Assembly: GCA_041645215.1 (NCBI GenBank)
Contig: JBAZQK010000002.1
Span: 15,435 to 79,434 of the forward strand
DNA: 64,000 nt
Direction of reading: 5' to 3'
Source: Patescibacteria group bacterium
GTDB lineage: Bacteria; Patescibacteriota; Patescibacteriia; Veblenbacterales; UBA10138
Shown piece by piece: positions 39,619-49,522 of this stretch. A program made the translations under genes and the position numbers. Within the stretch, counting starts at the first letter, position 1, and every line of letters starts with the position of its first letter. The notes under the pieces were generated by a model. That model had not been told where the DNA came from. It saw only the letters and a program-made list of their open reading frames with translations, and made no database searches.

Positions 39619-40817
39619 TGACGGTGGTGGAAAAAATTTTATCCAACGTAAAGAAATTTTATTGGTTCAGCTTTTTTAGCGAATGGGTTTTTTGGATACC
39701 GGTCGTAGTTTTGTTCTGGCAAAAGAACGGTTTAAACTTGACGCAGATAATGGTTTTGCAAGCTATTTTCGCTTTGGCCGTGGTAATTCTGGAAGTGCCG
39801 ACCGGCGTGGTGGCGGACAGGCTCGGACGAAAAAAGAGTTTACTCCTCGGAGCAGCCTTTAGAATTACCGGTTTCACCGCTTACGCTTTGGGTTTTAATT
39901 TTGGGCAGTTTATGGTTGCCGAAATAATCCTGGCCTTTGGCGCCAGTTTTATCTCCGGCGCTGATACGGCTTTTTTGTATGACAGCCTAAAACAGGTTAA
40001 TAAGGAGAGTCAGTTTAAAAAAGTGCGGGGACACAGCAATTCTTTAGGATACTTAGCCGCCGCCTTAACCAGCATGGCTGGCGGCTTTATAGCCGTTTAC
40101 AGTTTAAGGCTGACGTGGTGGTTTAGCGTAGTTGGCATGATTTGTCTTTTCCTGGTAGCGCTGACCTTCGTTGAGGCTAAACATTCAGACGAGCCAGCGG
40201 TCAAGGACGGTTATTTAAAGCACTTGGCTGATTGTTTTAAAGAATCGCTTCATAATAAAAATTTTCTTTTTCTCTTGCTTTTTTATTCAATCCTGACGCT
40301 GTTCGCCAGAGTTAGCCTATGGTTTTATCAGCCTTATATGAAGCTCTCCGGCTTAGACATAGTTTATTTTGGCATAGTTTGGGCCAGTTTTAATTTGTTT
40401 GCCATCAGCGGCGGTAAGGCGGCGGATAGAATTGAACGATATTTAGGCGAACGTAGGAGTCTGTGGCTGATAGTTATGATAATACCGCTGTCTTTAGTGT
40501 TTATGAGTCAGTGGTTTGTAATTTGGGGACTAATTTTTATTTTTTTGCAGCAATTTGTCAGAGGGTTTGCCGCGCCGGTACTTGAAGACTTCACTCACCA
40601 TCATTTGTCCACGGCCAAAAGAGCCACGCTGATGTCCATTAGGAACATGGCCGGCAGTTTAGTGTTTGCAATTTTAGGGCCGGCGTTCGGTTATCTGGCG
40701 GATACTTATTCATTAAGCACAGCTTTGGCAGTGGCGGGAGTGAGTTGTTTTATTTTATTCGCGGCGCTCTTAATTTGGAACCGGTATAGAGATAATTTTA
40801 AAAATGTTGTAAGCTAG
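39618..40817 (+). CDS. MFS transporter
   Basis: EVPTGVVADRLGRK motif; about 12 TM segments. Confidence 0.92.
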   Translation: MTVVEKILSNVKKFYWFSFFSEWVFWIPVVVLFWQKNGLNLTQIMVLQAIFALAVVILEVPTGVVADRLGRKKSLLLGAAFRITGFTAYALGFNFGQFMVAEIILAFGASFISGADTAFLYDSLKQVNKESQFKKVRGHSNSLGYLAAALTSMAGGFIAVYSLRLTWWFSVVGMICLFLVALTFVEAKHSDEPAVKDGYLKHLADCFKESLHNKNFLFLLLFYSILTLFARVSLWFYQPYMKLSGLDIVYFGIVWASFNLFAISGGKAADRIERYLGERRSLWLIVMIIPLSLVFMSQWFVIWGLIFIFLQQFVRGFAAPVLEDFTHHHLSTAKRATLMSIRNMAGSLVFAILGPAFGYLADTYSLSTALAVAGVSCFILFAALLIWNRYRDNFKNVVS

Positions 40818-40852
40818 ACAGTAGTAGTGTAAAATAGTTTGACTGTAAGTTT

Positions 40853-41383
40853 ATGTTGCCTTTAATTATTGCTCCCCATCCCCTGTTGCGTCAGGTAGCC
40901 GCTCCGATTGACCTTTCAGCCGGTGGGCTTAAGCTGCGTTCTTTTGTAAAAAAAATGTATAAAGCCATGCTGCATTACGATGGCATTGGTTTGGCAGCCC
41001 CGCAAGTTGGGCAGAGCGTCCGTTTAATGGTGATGAATACTCCGGGAGAACCGACAGTTTATTTTAATCCGGAAATTTTAAAAACCTCCTGGCGTAAAAT
41101 TGTGATAGAAGAAGGTTGCTTGTCGGTACCTGATGTTTACGGTTTAGTAAAACGGCCAGCCAGAATTCAGGTGCGCTACCAAACCTTGATGGGTGAAATA
41201 AAACAAGAATGGCTGGATGATTTATGGGCGCGAGTTTATCAACATGAGGTTGATCACCTTAATGGGGTGTTATTTATTGATTTAACGCGTGATTTTCTCC
41301 AAGGTAAGGAATTGCTTAATCACTACCTCGGCGCTAGCGCGGGTACTAACAAGAACGTCAAAAGTTATACGCGTCGGCGGTAA
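40853..41383 (+). CDS. def: Peptide deformylase
   Basis: GIGLAAPQVG, EGCLS and QHEVDHLNG motifs. Confidence 0.97.
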   Translation: MLPLIIAPHPLLRQVAAPIDLSAGGLKLRSFVKKMYKAMLHYDGIGLAAPQVGQSVRLMVMNTPGEPTVYFNPEILKTSWRKIVIEEGCLSVPDVYGLVKRPARIQVRYQTLMGEIKQEWLDDLWARVYQHEVDHLNGVLFIDLTRDFLQGKELLNHYLGASAGTNKNVKSYTRRR

Positions 41384-41414
41384 ATTTAGCAGAATTTTAC
41401 AAAAATTTTAAGGT

Positions 41415-42338
41415 ATGGATTACAAATTTACCTATTATGGAACCAGTGATTTTTCCGCTCAAATTTTACAAGGGTTGGTACAATCCGGTTTGACTCCGCA
41501 ATTAGTAATTTCAACGCTAGCCAAACCGGCCGGACGGAATTTAACAGTTCATTCAACCCCAGTTAGTCAGCTGGCGGCTAGTTTAGGCATTGAGATTTGG
41601 GAGGTTAGCAATTTAAAGTCAGTTGAACAGCCGGCTAAAATTGCGGCCCGGGCGCATCAATTCGCAATTTTAGCCGCTTTTGGCAAAATTATCCCAGCCG
41701 CCGTCTTGGGCTGTTATCCGGGGGGCATAATTAATGTTCATCCATCGTTACTGCCGCTTTATCGAGGGCCATCACCCATTCAGTATGCCATTAAAGATGG
41801 AGCGGCCGAAACCGGCGTTAGTTTAATAGTTTTAGATAATGAAATTGACCATGGGCCGATTATTGCCCAAAGCGCCTGCGCGCTAATGCCAGTTGATGAT
41901 GCGGTAACTTTGGCTAATAAATTGGCACCCCTGGCAGTTAAACTTTTACTTGATAATTTGCCCGGTTATCTAAATGGATTGATAACACCCAAGCCGCAGA
42001 ATCACCTTCAGGCAACATTCAGCAAAATGATATCGCGCGCCGACGGCCAAGCTGATTTCAACAAAACCGCGCTGGCAATTGGGCGGCAACGACGCGCCTT
42101 TACCCCCTGGCCCGGGCTTTGGACTTATTGGCGGGAAAAGCGTTTAAAGTTGATAGATGTTGCGGTGTTTGATTATCAAGATACTCCAGGTAAAGTGTCA
42201 TTGATTAATAATCAGGTCGTCATTAGTTGTGGTCAAGGCAGTTTAGCAGTTAAATTACTGCAATTGGAAGGTGGCAAACAATTAACTGCCGCTGATTTCA
42301 GCCGCGGACATAAAGATTTTATTGGCAGTACCTTATAA
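41415..42338 (+). CDS. fmt: Methionyl-tRNA formyltransferase
   Basis: NVHPSLLPLYRGPSP motif; follows def. Confidence 0.96.
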   Translation: MDYKFTYYGTSDFSAQILQGLVQSGLTPQLVISTLAKPAGRNLTVHSTPVSQLAASLGIEIWEVSNLKSVEQPAKIAARAHQFAILAAFGKIIPAAVLGCYPGGIINVHPSLLPLYRGPSPIQYAIKDGAAETGVSLIVLDNEIDHGPIIAQSACALMPVDDAVTLANKLAPLAVKLLLDNLPGYLNGLITPKPQNHLQATFSKMISRADGQADFNKTALAIGRQRRAFTPWPGLWTYWREKRLKLIDVAVFDYQDTPGKVSLINNQVVISCGQGSLAVKLLQLEGGKQLTAADFSRGHKDFIGSTL

Positions 42339-42431
42339 TAAATAACACTGTGCTGTACGGTCTAATTCCCCGAAGAAGTAAGAACTCTACGGGGCGCAGC
42401 GTACGAATAAGGCGAAGGATAAAAAATAATT

Positions 42432-43487
42432 GTGAAAAAGCAGTTACAAAAATATAGTTTATTATGGTTGCCAATTTTATTAGTTGGCTTATTATGGTTG
42501 CCAAGTAAGTCTAACAGTGCCGTGATTCCAATTAGTAACAAAGTTACAATTTTAGCCGTGGGCGATATTATGCTGTCACGCAATGTGGCCGCTAAAATTG
42601 CTAAAGCTAAAAATCCCTTGCTCCCTTTTCAACAGGTTAAAGATTTATTACTGGCGACTGATTTTAATATAGGTAATTTGGAGTCGCCCTTTTCCGGTAA
42701 AGATACTTATCCTAAAACCGGCAGTTTGGTGTTCAACGCGCCGCGGTGGTCAGTTCAGGGTTTGGTTAAATATAATTTTAAAGTTTTAAGTTTGGCCAAC
42801 AATCACGTCCTTGATCAAGGGCTTAAGGGACTTATTTATACTAAGAATTATTTAGCGCAAAATAATATTCAAGCCATTGGCGCAGGCCAAAATTTAAGCG
42901 AAGCTTGGCAGCCCGCTATTATTGAAGCCAAGGGAGTTAAAATAGGTTTTATAGCCGCTTCTTACGCTTCGCTTAATGATAATGGTAAAAAGAAGAATGA
43001 ATACGTGGCTCGTCTTGAGGATTTGGATAATTTAAAAAAATCCATTGCGCAGGCCAAAGATAAGGCTGACTTAGTAATAGTCAGTCTACATGCCGGTACA
43101 GAATATAAACATCAGCCTAACAATGCGCAAATTAAATTTGCTCACGCCGCCATAGACAACGGCGCGGATTTGGTAATTGGCCATCACCCGCATTGGGCGC
43201 AGACTATAGAAAAGTATAAAGGCAAATATATTTTTTACTCCTTAGGCAACTTTATTTTTGACCAAATGTGGAGTACCAAGACACGGCAAGGTTTGGCTGT
43301 TAAATTTACAGTAAACGTTAATAATCAAACTAGCGGCGCTAAGGCCGCTTTTGCTCAAGCCGAGTTAATTCCCGTTATAATTGACAACTACTCCACTCCC
43401 CGCTTGACTAATTCCAAAGAGTCCACGATTATATTGAAATCAATTGGTGTGGTTGATAATGTAATTGATTTAAATTCAGAAAATTAA
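42432..43487 (+). CDS. CapA/PgsA-family metallophosphatase
   Basis: GDIML, GNLE, LANNH, GHHPH and YSLGNF motifs. Confidence 0.92.
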   Translation: MKKQLQKYSLLWLPILLVGLLWLPSKSNSAVIPISNKVTILAVGDIMLSRNVAAKIAKAKNPLLPFQQVKDLLLATDFNIGNLESPFSGKDTYPKTGSLVFNAPRWSVQGLVKYNFKVLSLANNHVLDQGLKGLIYTKNYLAQNNIQAIGAGQNLSEAWQPAIIEAKGVKIGFIAASYASLNDNGKKKNEYVARLEDLDNLKKSIAQAKDKADLVIVSLHAGTEYKHQPNNAQIKFAHAAIDNGADLVIGHHPHWAQTIEKYKGKYIFYSLGNFIFDQMWSTKTRQGLAVKFTVNVNNQTSGAKAAFAQAELIPVIIDNYSTPRLTNSKESTIILKSIGVVDNVIDLNSEN

Positions 43488-43558
43488 ATTGTTTCTTTAG
43501 GCTAGAGATTTGTTTATTTCACGCAATGTTTGCTGATATGAGAAGTAGTGAACGAAGC

Positions 43559-43632
43559 GAGGAAGGTTTTTTCCTGCGAGCGTTCATTCTTTTTTGAGGA
43601 AGGTTTTTTCCTGCGAGCGTTCATTCTTTTTT
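43559..43632. repeat. Perfect 37-bp tandem duplication
   Basis: GAGGAAGGTTTTTTCCTGCGAGCGTTCATTCTTTTTT occurs twice. Confidence 0.9.
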
Positions 43633-44349
43633 AATGATGGCGATATAAATTGATTTATCAGAATCAATAAAATTTCTGACTCTCCAACCAGTATTTTTCA
43701 AAATATTTTTCATTTGGTTTTTAGAAACAAGTAAGTAATCAAACCAATCTCCAATATATTTCTTGAATCTAATTCTAATGCGAAGTTGCCCAGGCATTCT
43801 TCCTCTTTTTTCGTTGAACTTATGATAAGAGAGGTGTACCGGATCGTCTGTTTTATAAACATCATTGCTTTCAGCGAGTATCAAGGCGTTAGAGCTGGTT
43901 ATTTTGTGAAGTTTCTTGAGTAAGGATTTGGCTTTCTTAAAACTACCAAATAAACCAAAGTTGTTGCCGAACATGATAACAGTATCAAAAGTTTTTGGTT
44001 TGAATGTGCCGATTTTTTCAATAGGTAAAACTTTGGCGTTCTTTACACCACGCTTTTTACAGACTTTTATAGCAAGTGGTGAATTGTCTATGGCAATCAC
44101 ATCAAAATTTCTTTTCTGAAGATAAAGAGAATTGCGTCCAGCCCCAGCACCGATATCAAGGATTTTACCTTTGGCTAACTTGATTGCTTGTTTTTCAATT
44201 TTCGGCCAATCTTTAAAATTCGCAAAATAAGCCGATGCACCTCCCGACAGACCAATGAAACCGTCATCTCTTTCAACGACTTCATAAGAATCTTTTTTGA
44301 GGAAGAATGCCCATACCTCTTGTCCGTAAGCATCTTTGTTTGTATCCAT
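43621..44349 (-). CDS. Class I SAM-dependent methyltransferase
   Basis: ILDIGAGAGR motif. Confidence 0.9.
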   Translation of the reverse strand: MDTNKDAYGQEVWAFFLKKDSYEVVERDDGFIGLSGGASAYFANFKDWPKIEKQAIKLAKGKILDIGAGAGRNSLYLQKRNFDVIAIDNSPLAIKVCKKRGVKNAKVLPIEKIGTFKPKTFDTVIMFGNNFGLFGSFKKAKSLLKKLHKITSSNALILAESNDVYKTDDPVHLSYHKFNEKRGRMPGQLRIRIRFKKYIGDWFDYLLVSKNQMKNILKNTGWRVRNFIDSDKSIYIAIIKKE

Positions 44350-44372
44350 ATTGGTTTGATTATGACTGGGAT

Positions 44373-44768
44373 TTATTCCTTAAAAAGTTTTATCCAGCCT
44401 AATTTTAACCACAAAACTATTTCATCGTAGGATTGGACACTCTTATCAGGCATTTGCAAAAGTATCACTTCAATATTTTTATTATAAATCAAATTTTGAG
44501 CAATGCCAAAGCCTATTTCAGCAAAGGTTTCAGCGCCGATGTATCCGGTGATGGCGTTTTTATCTTCATTCATAACAAAAAGAATATCCGTTTCGGTTAT
44601 GTTTTTAAAAAATTCCGTATGCACCTTTGGATATTCTTCTAAGAAAGTTTTCTTGGGAACTGGCAATGGGTAGCCGGTAACTAAATAGCCATTATCTTCC
44701 CAAAACTTTTTCCAATGTTGAACTTTTTCTTGCGGTCCGGCGCTGCCGACAATAACAACTTTTTTCAT
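44373..44768 (-). CDS. Hypothetical protein (nucleoside 2-deoxyribosyltransferase-like fold possible)
   Basis: DILFVMN...GYIG..TFAEI pattern. Confidence 0.6.
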   Translation of the reverse strand: MKKVVIVGSAGPQEKVQHWKKFWEDNGYLVTGYPLPVPKKTFLEEYPKVHTEFFKNITETDILFVMNEDKNAITGYIGAETFAEIGFGIAQNLIYNKNIEVILLQMPDKSVQSYDEIVLWLKLGWIKLFKE

Positions 44769-44826
44769 AATGAGTAATGATTGTAAAATAGTGTGATTTG
44801 AGCTGAAGACGAAAAGGCAAAAAACA

Positions 44827-45273
44827 TTACTTTAAAAAGCTATCATACAGTTCAAAAGCTTTTAAGCATTCGTTTTTTACATTAACGGGAATGTGTTCTT
44901 TGTTTAAATCATTTTTAGTAAACCACCCAAAATTCTTTAACTCATTATTTATTTTTAGTCGTTCTGGATTTATGGCCTTGCAAACATAATACAGCGAACA
45001 ATGGTCATGGTCGCCAACTGAATGGACATTTACATAAAAAGGCGTAGCCAGATTATATTTGACATTTCCTTCTTCGGGTAAATCACTGACGTTGAGAATT
45101 TCTACGTCAATTCCGATTTCTTCTTTAATCTCACGAAGCAAGGCCTGGTCAGGAGTTTCGTTTTCGTCAATATGACCTCCCACAGCCAGCCATAAATCCA
45201 AACTTTTATGGTGAATTAGTAAAACCTTGTTTTCATGAATAATATATCCTGTAACGACTAAATCCGTTTTCAT
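44827..45273 (-). CDS. Nudix hydrolase
   Basis: GGHIDENETPDQALLREIKEEIG. Confidence 0.92.
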   Translation of the reverse strand: MKTDLVVTGYIIHENKVLLIHHKSLDLWLAVGGHIDENETPDQALLREIKEEIGIDVEILNVSDLPEEGNVKYNLATPFYVNVHSVGDHDHCSLYYVCKAINPERLKINNELKNFGWFTKNDLNKEHIPVNVKNECLKAFELYDSFLK

Positions 45274-45398
45274 ATTGTGGCTTGAGTCTAATATGTTAAA
45301 TTTTGATAAATTGACGTTGAGATAATTATCAGTATCAGAAATAAGATAATGTTTGTAATTGCCGGATTAAGGAATTTTTTCCAGTTCATAGGTTTAAT

Positions 45399-45659
45399 TT
45401 ATTGATAAATATCATGGTCGCCGACTGAATGAAAAAATACTGCGTCTTTGTCCTTGGAAAACTCAAAAATTATTCTATATTTATAGCCAATAGAAAAAGA
45501 TAAAAACCCACTTAACTTACCTTTAAGCTTGTGGGTTTTTAGTTTAGAATCAAAAGGATTTTGTCTAAATATCTTTTCCTGCTGTTCAGCGATATCTTTG
45601 ATATTGTCCGGCAGCCTTTTGTATTCCCGGGCGAATTTTGAACTATAGATTACCTCCAT
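45399..45659 (-). CDS. RelE/YafQ-family toxin
   Basis: LKTHKLKG...YRIIF...VGDHDIY. Confidence 0.88.
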   Translation of the reverse strand: MEVIYSSKFAREYKRLPDNIKDIAEQQEKIFRQNPFDSKLKTHKLKGKLSGFLSFSIGYKYRIIFEFSKDKDAVFFHSVGDHDIYQ

Positions 45660-45671
45660 AAAAGGCAGTGA

Positions 45672-45887
45672 TTATCTCAAAGCTTTTAAAGATTTTAAAA
45701 CCTTACCATTGCCGGAGTTAATTTCTTGACGGCTTTGGTTAAGCTCGCTTAAGAGCTTACCCTCTTGCCACTCTCTTAAAATATGGCGAAAAAATTCGCT
45801 GGTAGAGGAATAATTTCCGGTTTTGACCATGTCTTTTACGGTTTTAGCCATTGGGGATGGCAGTGAAATGTTAATTACTTTACGCAT
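45672..45887 (-). CDS. RHH (ParD-like) antitoxin
   Basis: INISLP...YSSTSEFFR; lies upstream of the toxin. Confidence 0.88.
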   Translation of the reverse strand: MRKVINISLPSPMAKTVKDMVKTGNYSSTSEFFRHILREWQEGKLLSELNQSRQEINSGNGKVLKSLKALR

Positions 45888-45901
45888 ATGTTTAAATATT
45901 A

Positions 45902-45924
45902 ATTGTAATAGTTTGTATTACAAT
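45902..45924. promoter_or_regulatory. Palindromic operator upstream of the toxin-antitoxin pair
   Basis: ATTGTAATA-N5-TATTACAAT. Confidence 0.6.
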
Positions 45925-45995
45925 ATTATCAAATCTTAAAAACATTGTCAAATGCTATAAAATAAGCGGCATTTTCTTTAACTGTATACGCTGTG

Positions 45996-46478
45996 TTAGG
46001 CGATGTTAATTTTACTTTTTATGATTTTTTCCTCTATTAATGATGTTCTGATTTTATTTACACCAGAGGATAAAAAAATTGTTTTAATTCCTGGAAATTT
46101 GCTTTCGACATTCTTTGCAATATCTTTTCTTCGTTTTATTTTGTCTTTTTCATTTGAAAAAACCAAAAAATTCGGTTTTATTTTCTTTAAATTTTCATCG
46201 TCATATAAGGCCCTATTTGTCACAAATACATAATCAACAGCTTTTAATCCTAATAATAATTCAGCACGTTGTTTTTCTGGAATTATAGGACGATGATTTC
46301 CTTTGGTTTTTTTAATAAATCTATCACCGTTAATTCCAATAACTAAAATATCGCCGAATTTTTTGGCTTTTTCAATAAAACGAAGGTGTCCTATGTGTAA
46401 AATGTCGAAACACCCACCCAATAAAACAATTTTTTTTAGTCTGTTCAGATCGTTACCTAGTATATCTAAAGAAGTCAT
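45996..46478 (-). CDS. Cytidylyltransferase-like protein (HIGH family; RfaE-II/FAD synthase-like)
   Basis: GGCFDILHIGH and RTSLI motifs. Confidence 0.88.
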   Translation of the reverse strand: MTSLDILGNDLNRLKKIVLLGGCFDILHIGHLRFIEKAKKFGDILVIGINGDRFIKKTKGNHRPIIPEKQRAELLLGLKAVDYVFVTNRALYDDENLKKIKPNFLVFSNEKDKIKRRKDIAKNVESKFPGIKTIFLSSGVNKIRTSLIEEKIIKSKINIA

Positions 46479-46497
46479 AAAAAGTAAAATTAATTTC

Positions 46498-46615
46498 GTT
46501 TAACGTTCCAGAATATGCGATATTTGCCATTGCTATAATATCGCGAAGCGGTAGCAGTGGCAAATATGGGTGTAGCGAGGTGCAACCGAGCGAAACCGCA
46601 TATTCTGTGTTAAGT
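46498..46615 (+). other. attC-like recombination site
   Basis: GTTTAAC...CAGAATATGCG...CGCATATTCTG...GTTAAGT, with an inner 16-bp stem. Confidence 0.6.
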
Positions 46616-46663
46616 GAGGCGTAGGCCGAGCCCGAGGGCAACGTCCCGAAGGGCTGGCGAGAG

Positions 46664-47131
46664 TTACAATTTTTTTCTTATAAAAGATTGAACGATATTT
46701 AACTCGAGATACTTTTTTTGTAAATCAGGGGGGAGATGTCGGAAATCCCCAATAGTATGTCGGCAGTTTTGGCCCTTACATTCACATTGAAGGGTCCAAT
46801 TATCTTCATCCATTGTTGTTGAATAATCATAAAAAATTTCTTGACCTGGTGAAATATCTTCAATTGCCACAAGAAACCGATCATCCTTAATACCGGCATT
46901 TGGCGAGCATGAATGGTTGACTAAAACACCAGGCTCTTGAATATCAATATACTCTGTTGACCCAATTTGAAGCGGACAACTTAATTTATCTAATGGTTTT
47001 TGCAGTGCCTGTTCAGGAGAGATAACTGGACCTGTAAATTCAAGCATGCACTCGCCTTTGAGTATTGGCTTTGTTGCAAATACACCTCTGCCAAAATTGC
47101 CGCTATCCATAATTTCAATTTTTCCCGACAT
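46664..47131 (-). CDS. SET domain protein with post-SET cysteines
   Basis: GRGVFA, NHSCSPN, EIFYDY and CECKGQNCR motifs. Confidence 0.93.
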   Translation of the reverse strand: MSGKIEIMDSGNFGRGVFATKPILKGECMLEFTGPVISPEQALQKPLDKLSCPLQIGSTEYIDIQEPGVLVNHSCSPNAGIKDDRFLVAIEDISPGQEIFYDYSTTMDEDNWTLQCECKGQNCRHTIGDFRHLPPDLQKKYLELNIVQSFIRKKL

Positions 47132-47185
47132 CGTTTTAATGGTTAAAATTACTGGCGAATTTTGCCTAACTGGTTGCTATGCGAA

Positions 47186-47469
47186 CCCCGTTAGAAATTT
47201 TGAAGAAAAGATTTTAGTCTATTTTTCAAATATCGCCTTCCCATCCCCGATTTTAAATACTTTTCTCAACTTTTGGCATCAGTCTCATTTATACATGCTT
47301 CATAGTAGACAAGCTTCCATGGTCTTTTCCCTTTGGTGGAACGATTGATTCCTTTATTATGTTCAGAAAATCTTTTCTTCAAATTATTGGTATAGCCAAT
47401 ATACAAGAGTAATCTTTTAAACTTTAAAGAAGATAAACGCAACAAAATGGCATATAATTTCTAACGGGG
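47186..47469. mobile_element. Family A element carrying a GIY-YIG gene
   Basis: 14-bp TIR CCCCGTTAGAAATT/AATTTCTAACGGGG; TSD CGAA. Confidence 0.85.
47191..47453 (-). pseudogene. GIY-YIG nuclease pseudogene (not in the ORF track)
   Basis: Hand translation MPFCCVYLL*SLKD/frameshift/LYIGYTNNLKKRFSEHNKG..STKGKRPWKLVYYEAC..DAKS*EKYLKSGMGR..NF*. Confidence 0.88.
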
Positions 47470-47545
47470 CGAACTTAAGTTAATTATTTTGCAAAAATTG
47501 TCCTGCCTAAATTCTATAATAAACGCCGAATTAAGCAAACACCAA

Positions 47546-49054
47546 TCAATCAACGGCTTGTTTCTTTTCCGTCACCCAAAAACCCAGATATTTGCCCAGC
47601 ATCAGGCGGGTTTGGGCGTCAGTCGCCGGTATAGCGCCAAATACGATCATAGTAATAGGAAAAAGGAACCACTGCATTACCATGGGAATGTATTTGTACC
47701 AGGGTTGTTTAGTGTCGCGCGACGGCAGCATAGCGGTTGACAAAATCGCGCTTAACACCAAACCTATCATGGCCAGCGTCATTATCCACTGCAACGCCAT
47801 GGGAGCATTATGGGCGAGCAAGTTGGATTTAACCGCGTCATCGGCGGTCCAGAGCGGCAAACGACCAAGAATAAAAATAATTAACGGCGCCGTGGCCCAA
47901 GAATAAACCCCTTCCAATTGATTCCATAAATAGCGAATTTTCCGATTAAAAGGAATGGTGCGCGAGCGCCAAAAATGCCAGGCCATGTAGGGAAAATTTT
48001 CTACGCCGTAGGCCCAGCGACGTTGCTGTTTGTACTGATTGACAACGCTGCGCCACAAAGATCCGGCATAAACCGTATCCATTGAAATTGGTATGTACAT
48101 GGGGGTTACGCGATAGTTTCCGTTGTAACGTATAAAGCATTGCAAAAAAATCCGCGAATCCTCGGTCACAATGTCATTTTGCCAAAAACCGACATCTACC
48201 AGGGCGGTGAACGGCATGGAGTGCGAGGAAAATGTAAATAATCTTTCGGGCCGCGCCAAGTCCGTCAACAGCCAAAACGTGGTTGAGTTGGCCACAATTC
48301 GGTTAATGGCCGGCGATTCCCAAATATTATTATTATAAACGGCTAACGGCTGATAGCTGGTATGCAACGGGTCGGGCACGGTCAGATATTTATAGGTTAA
48401 ATAAGCGAAATATTGAGGATGGGCGCAGGAATCAACGTCAAAAGTTGATACCACCACATTTTTGTACGGTATTTTTAAATTATCAATTAATTTTTGGGCT
48501 TGATGCCCGGCCCAATTAGTATTGGCCCCCTTGCCGGCCATTTCGCCGATAATGTTGCCCGGATGGAGCGTAATTAAAAAATAACCAAAGCGATCGCCGT
48601 ATTGTTGTTTGATGCTGGTTGAGATTAATTCAAAATTTGCTTGATCACGCTCCTCGCCGGCTAACACCACAATTAATTTATCAAGCGGATACTTGATTTG
48701 AGTTAAAGATTCTATTGATTTAACCACGACTTCATAAGGCTCGCGAAAAGTGGGCAGAAAAATTAAGTGGTAAATGTCATTATAATGCGGAAGTACTTTC
48801 ACTTTTTCAAACCAATCAGCGCGCAGAGTTACGCGATATTGTTTCCAGGAAGATAACAGGTAAATAATCAGATAAGCCACTCGGAGCAGCCAATATAAAT
48901 CAAATATTATGATTACGTATATCGCCCACAATGGTTTAACAAATGATAAAACAACGGCTCCGATAAGAGTCGTCCATACTAAAACTCCGGGTATAATCTC
49001 TAAAAAGCGGTAAACCTTTTTTTTGTCCAAATTATCAATATAATCACGCAGCAT
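47546..49054 (-). CDS. Membrane GT2 glycosyltransferase
   Basis: DVD, TEDS and QQRRW motifs; multiple TM segments. Confidence 0.9.
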   Translation of the reverse strand: MLRDYIDNLDKKKVYRFLEIIPGVLVWTTLIGAVVLSFVKPLWAIYVIIIFDLYWLLRVAYLIIYLLSSWKQYRVTLRADWFEKVKVLPHYNDIYHLIFLPTFREPYEVVVKSIESLTQIKYPLDKLIVVLAGEERDQANFELISTSIKQQYGDRFGYFLITLHPGNIIGEMAGKGANTNWAGHQAQKLIDNLKIPYKNVVVSTFDVDSCAHPQYFAYLTYKYLTVPDPLHTSYQPLAVYNNNIWESPAINRIVANSTTFWLLTDLARPERLFTFSSHSMPFTALVDVGFWQNDIVTEDSRIFLQCFIRYNGNYRVTPMYIPISMDTVYAGSLWRSVVNQYKQQRRWAYGVENFPYMAWHFWRSRTIPFNRKIRYLWNQLEGVYSWATAPLIIFILGRLPLWTADDAVKSNLLAHNAPMALQWIMTLAMIGLVLSAILSTAMLPSRDTKQPWYKYIPMVMQWFLFPITMIVFGAIPATDAQTRLMLGKYLGFWVTEKKQAVD

Positions 49055-49070
49055 AATAAGTTTCCGAATT

Positions 49071-49508
49071 TTAGTTTGGTTCCGGTCGGTAGATAAAAGT
49101 TAACACCGCCACCGCCGCAAAAACCAAGAAACCCCACACGCAGGCCGGCACCGCCAACATCGAAAAGGTTTCCCAATAGTAGGCGCCTTTAGTTATAATG
49201 GGCAAGCCGATTTCACGCCAGCCAACCCAGCCCGAGAATATTACCCCGGCCACGGCAAATAATCGCATTAGCCAAGAGCCATAGTGATGGTTGATTGTTT
49301 GCTTTAAAGTTAAAAATGACAGTACGGTCAAAATGGTAAATAAGGCTAAACCATAAGGGCAGGGCGAGTAACCTAAAATTTTAAAACCGACGCAAGAAAA
49401 TATACCCGGTTGGGTCGCGGGAGCGATAAATTGGCGCGCCGTCACCAAGCCGGCAAACAATGTTCCCAGCAGCGATAAGTAAAAAATAGCTCGAATTTTA
49501 TTAAGCAT
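49071..49508 (-). CDS. Membrane protein with paired cysteines (VKOR/DsbB-like possible)
   Basis: Four TM segments with Cys in SCV, PCPY and PAC. Confidence 0.55.
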   Translation of the reverse strand: MLNKIRAIFYLSLLGTLFAGLVTARQFIAPATQPGIFSCVGFKILGYSPCPYGLALFTILTVLSFLTLKQTINHHYGSWLMRLFAVAGVIFSGWVGWREIGLPIITKGAYYWETFSMLAVPACVWGFLVFAAVAVLTFIYRPEPN

Positions 49509-49522
49509 AATTGAACAATTCC

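Noticed and set aside
47191-47453. Stop-codon reassignment explaining the internal stops
   Set aside because: Both TAA and TGA occur together with a frameshift, and TGA terminates ordinary genes such as mrdA, priA and gltX.
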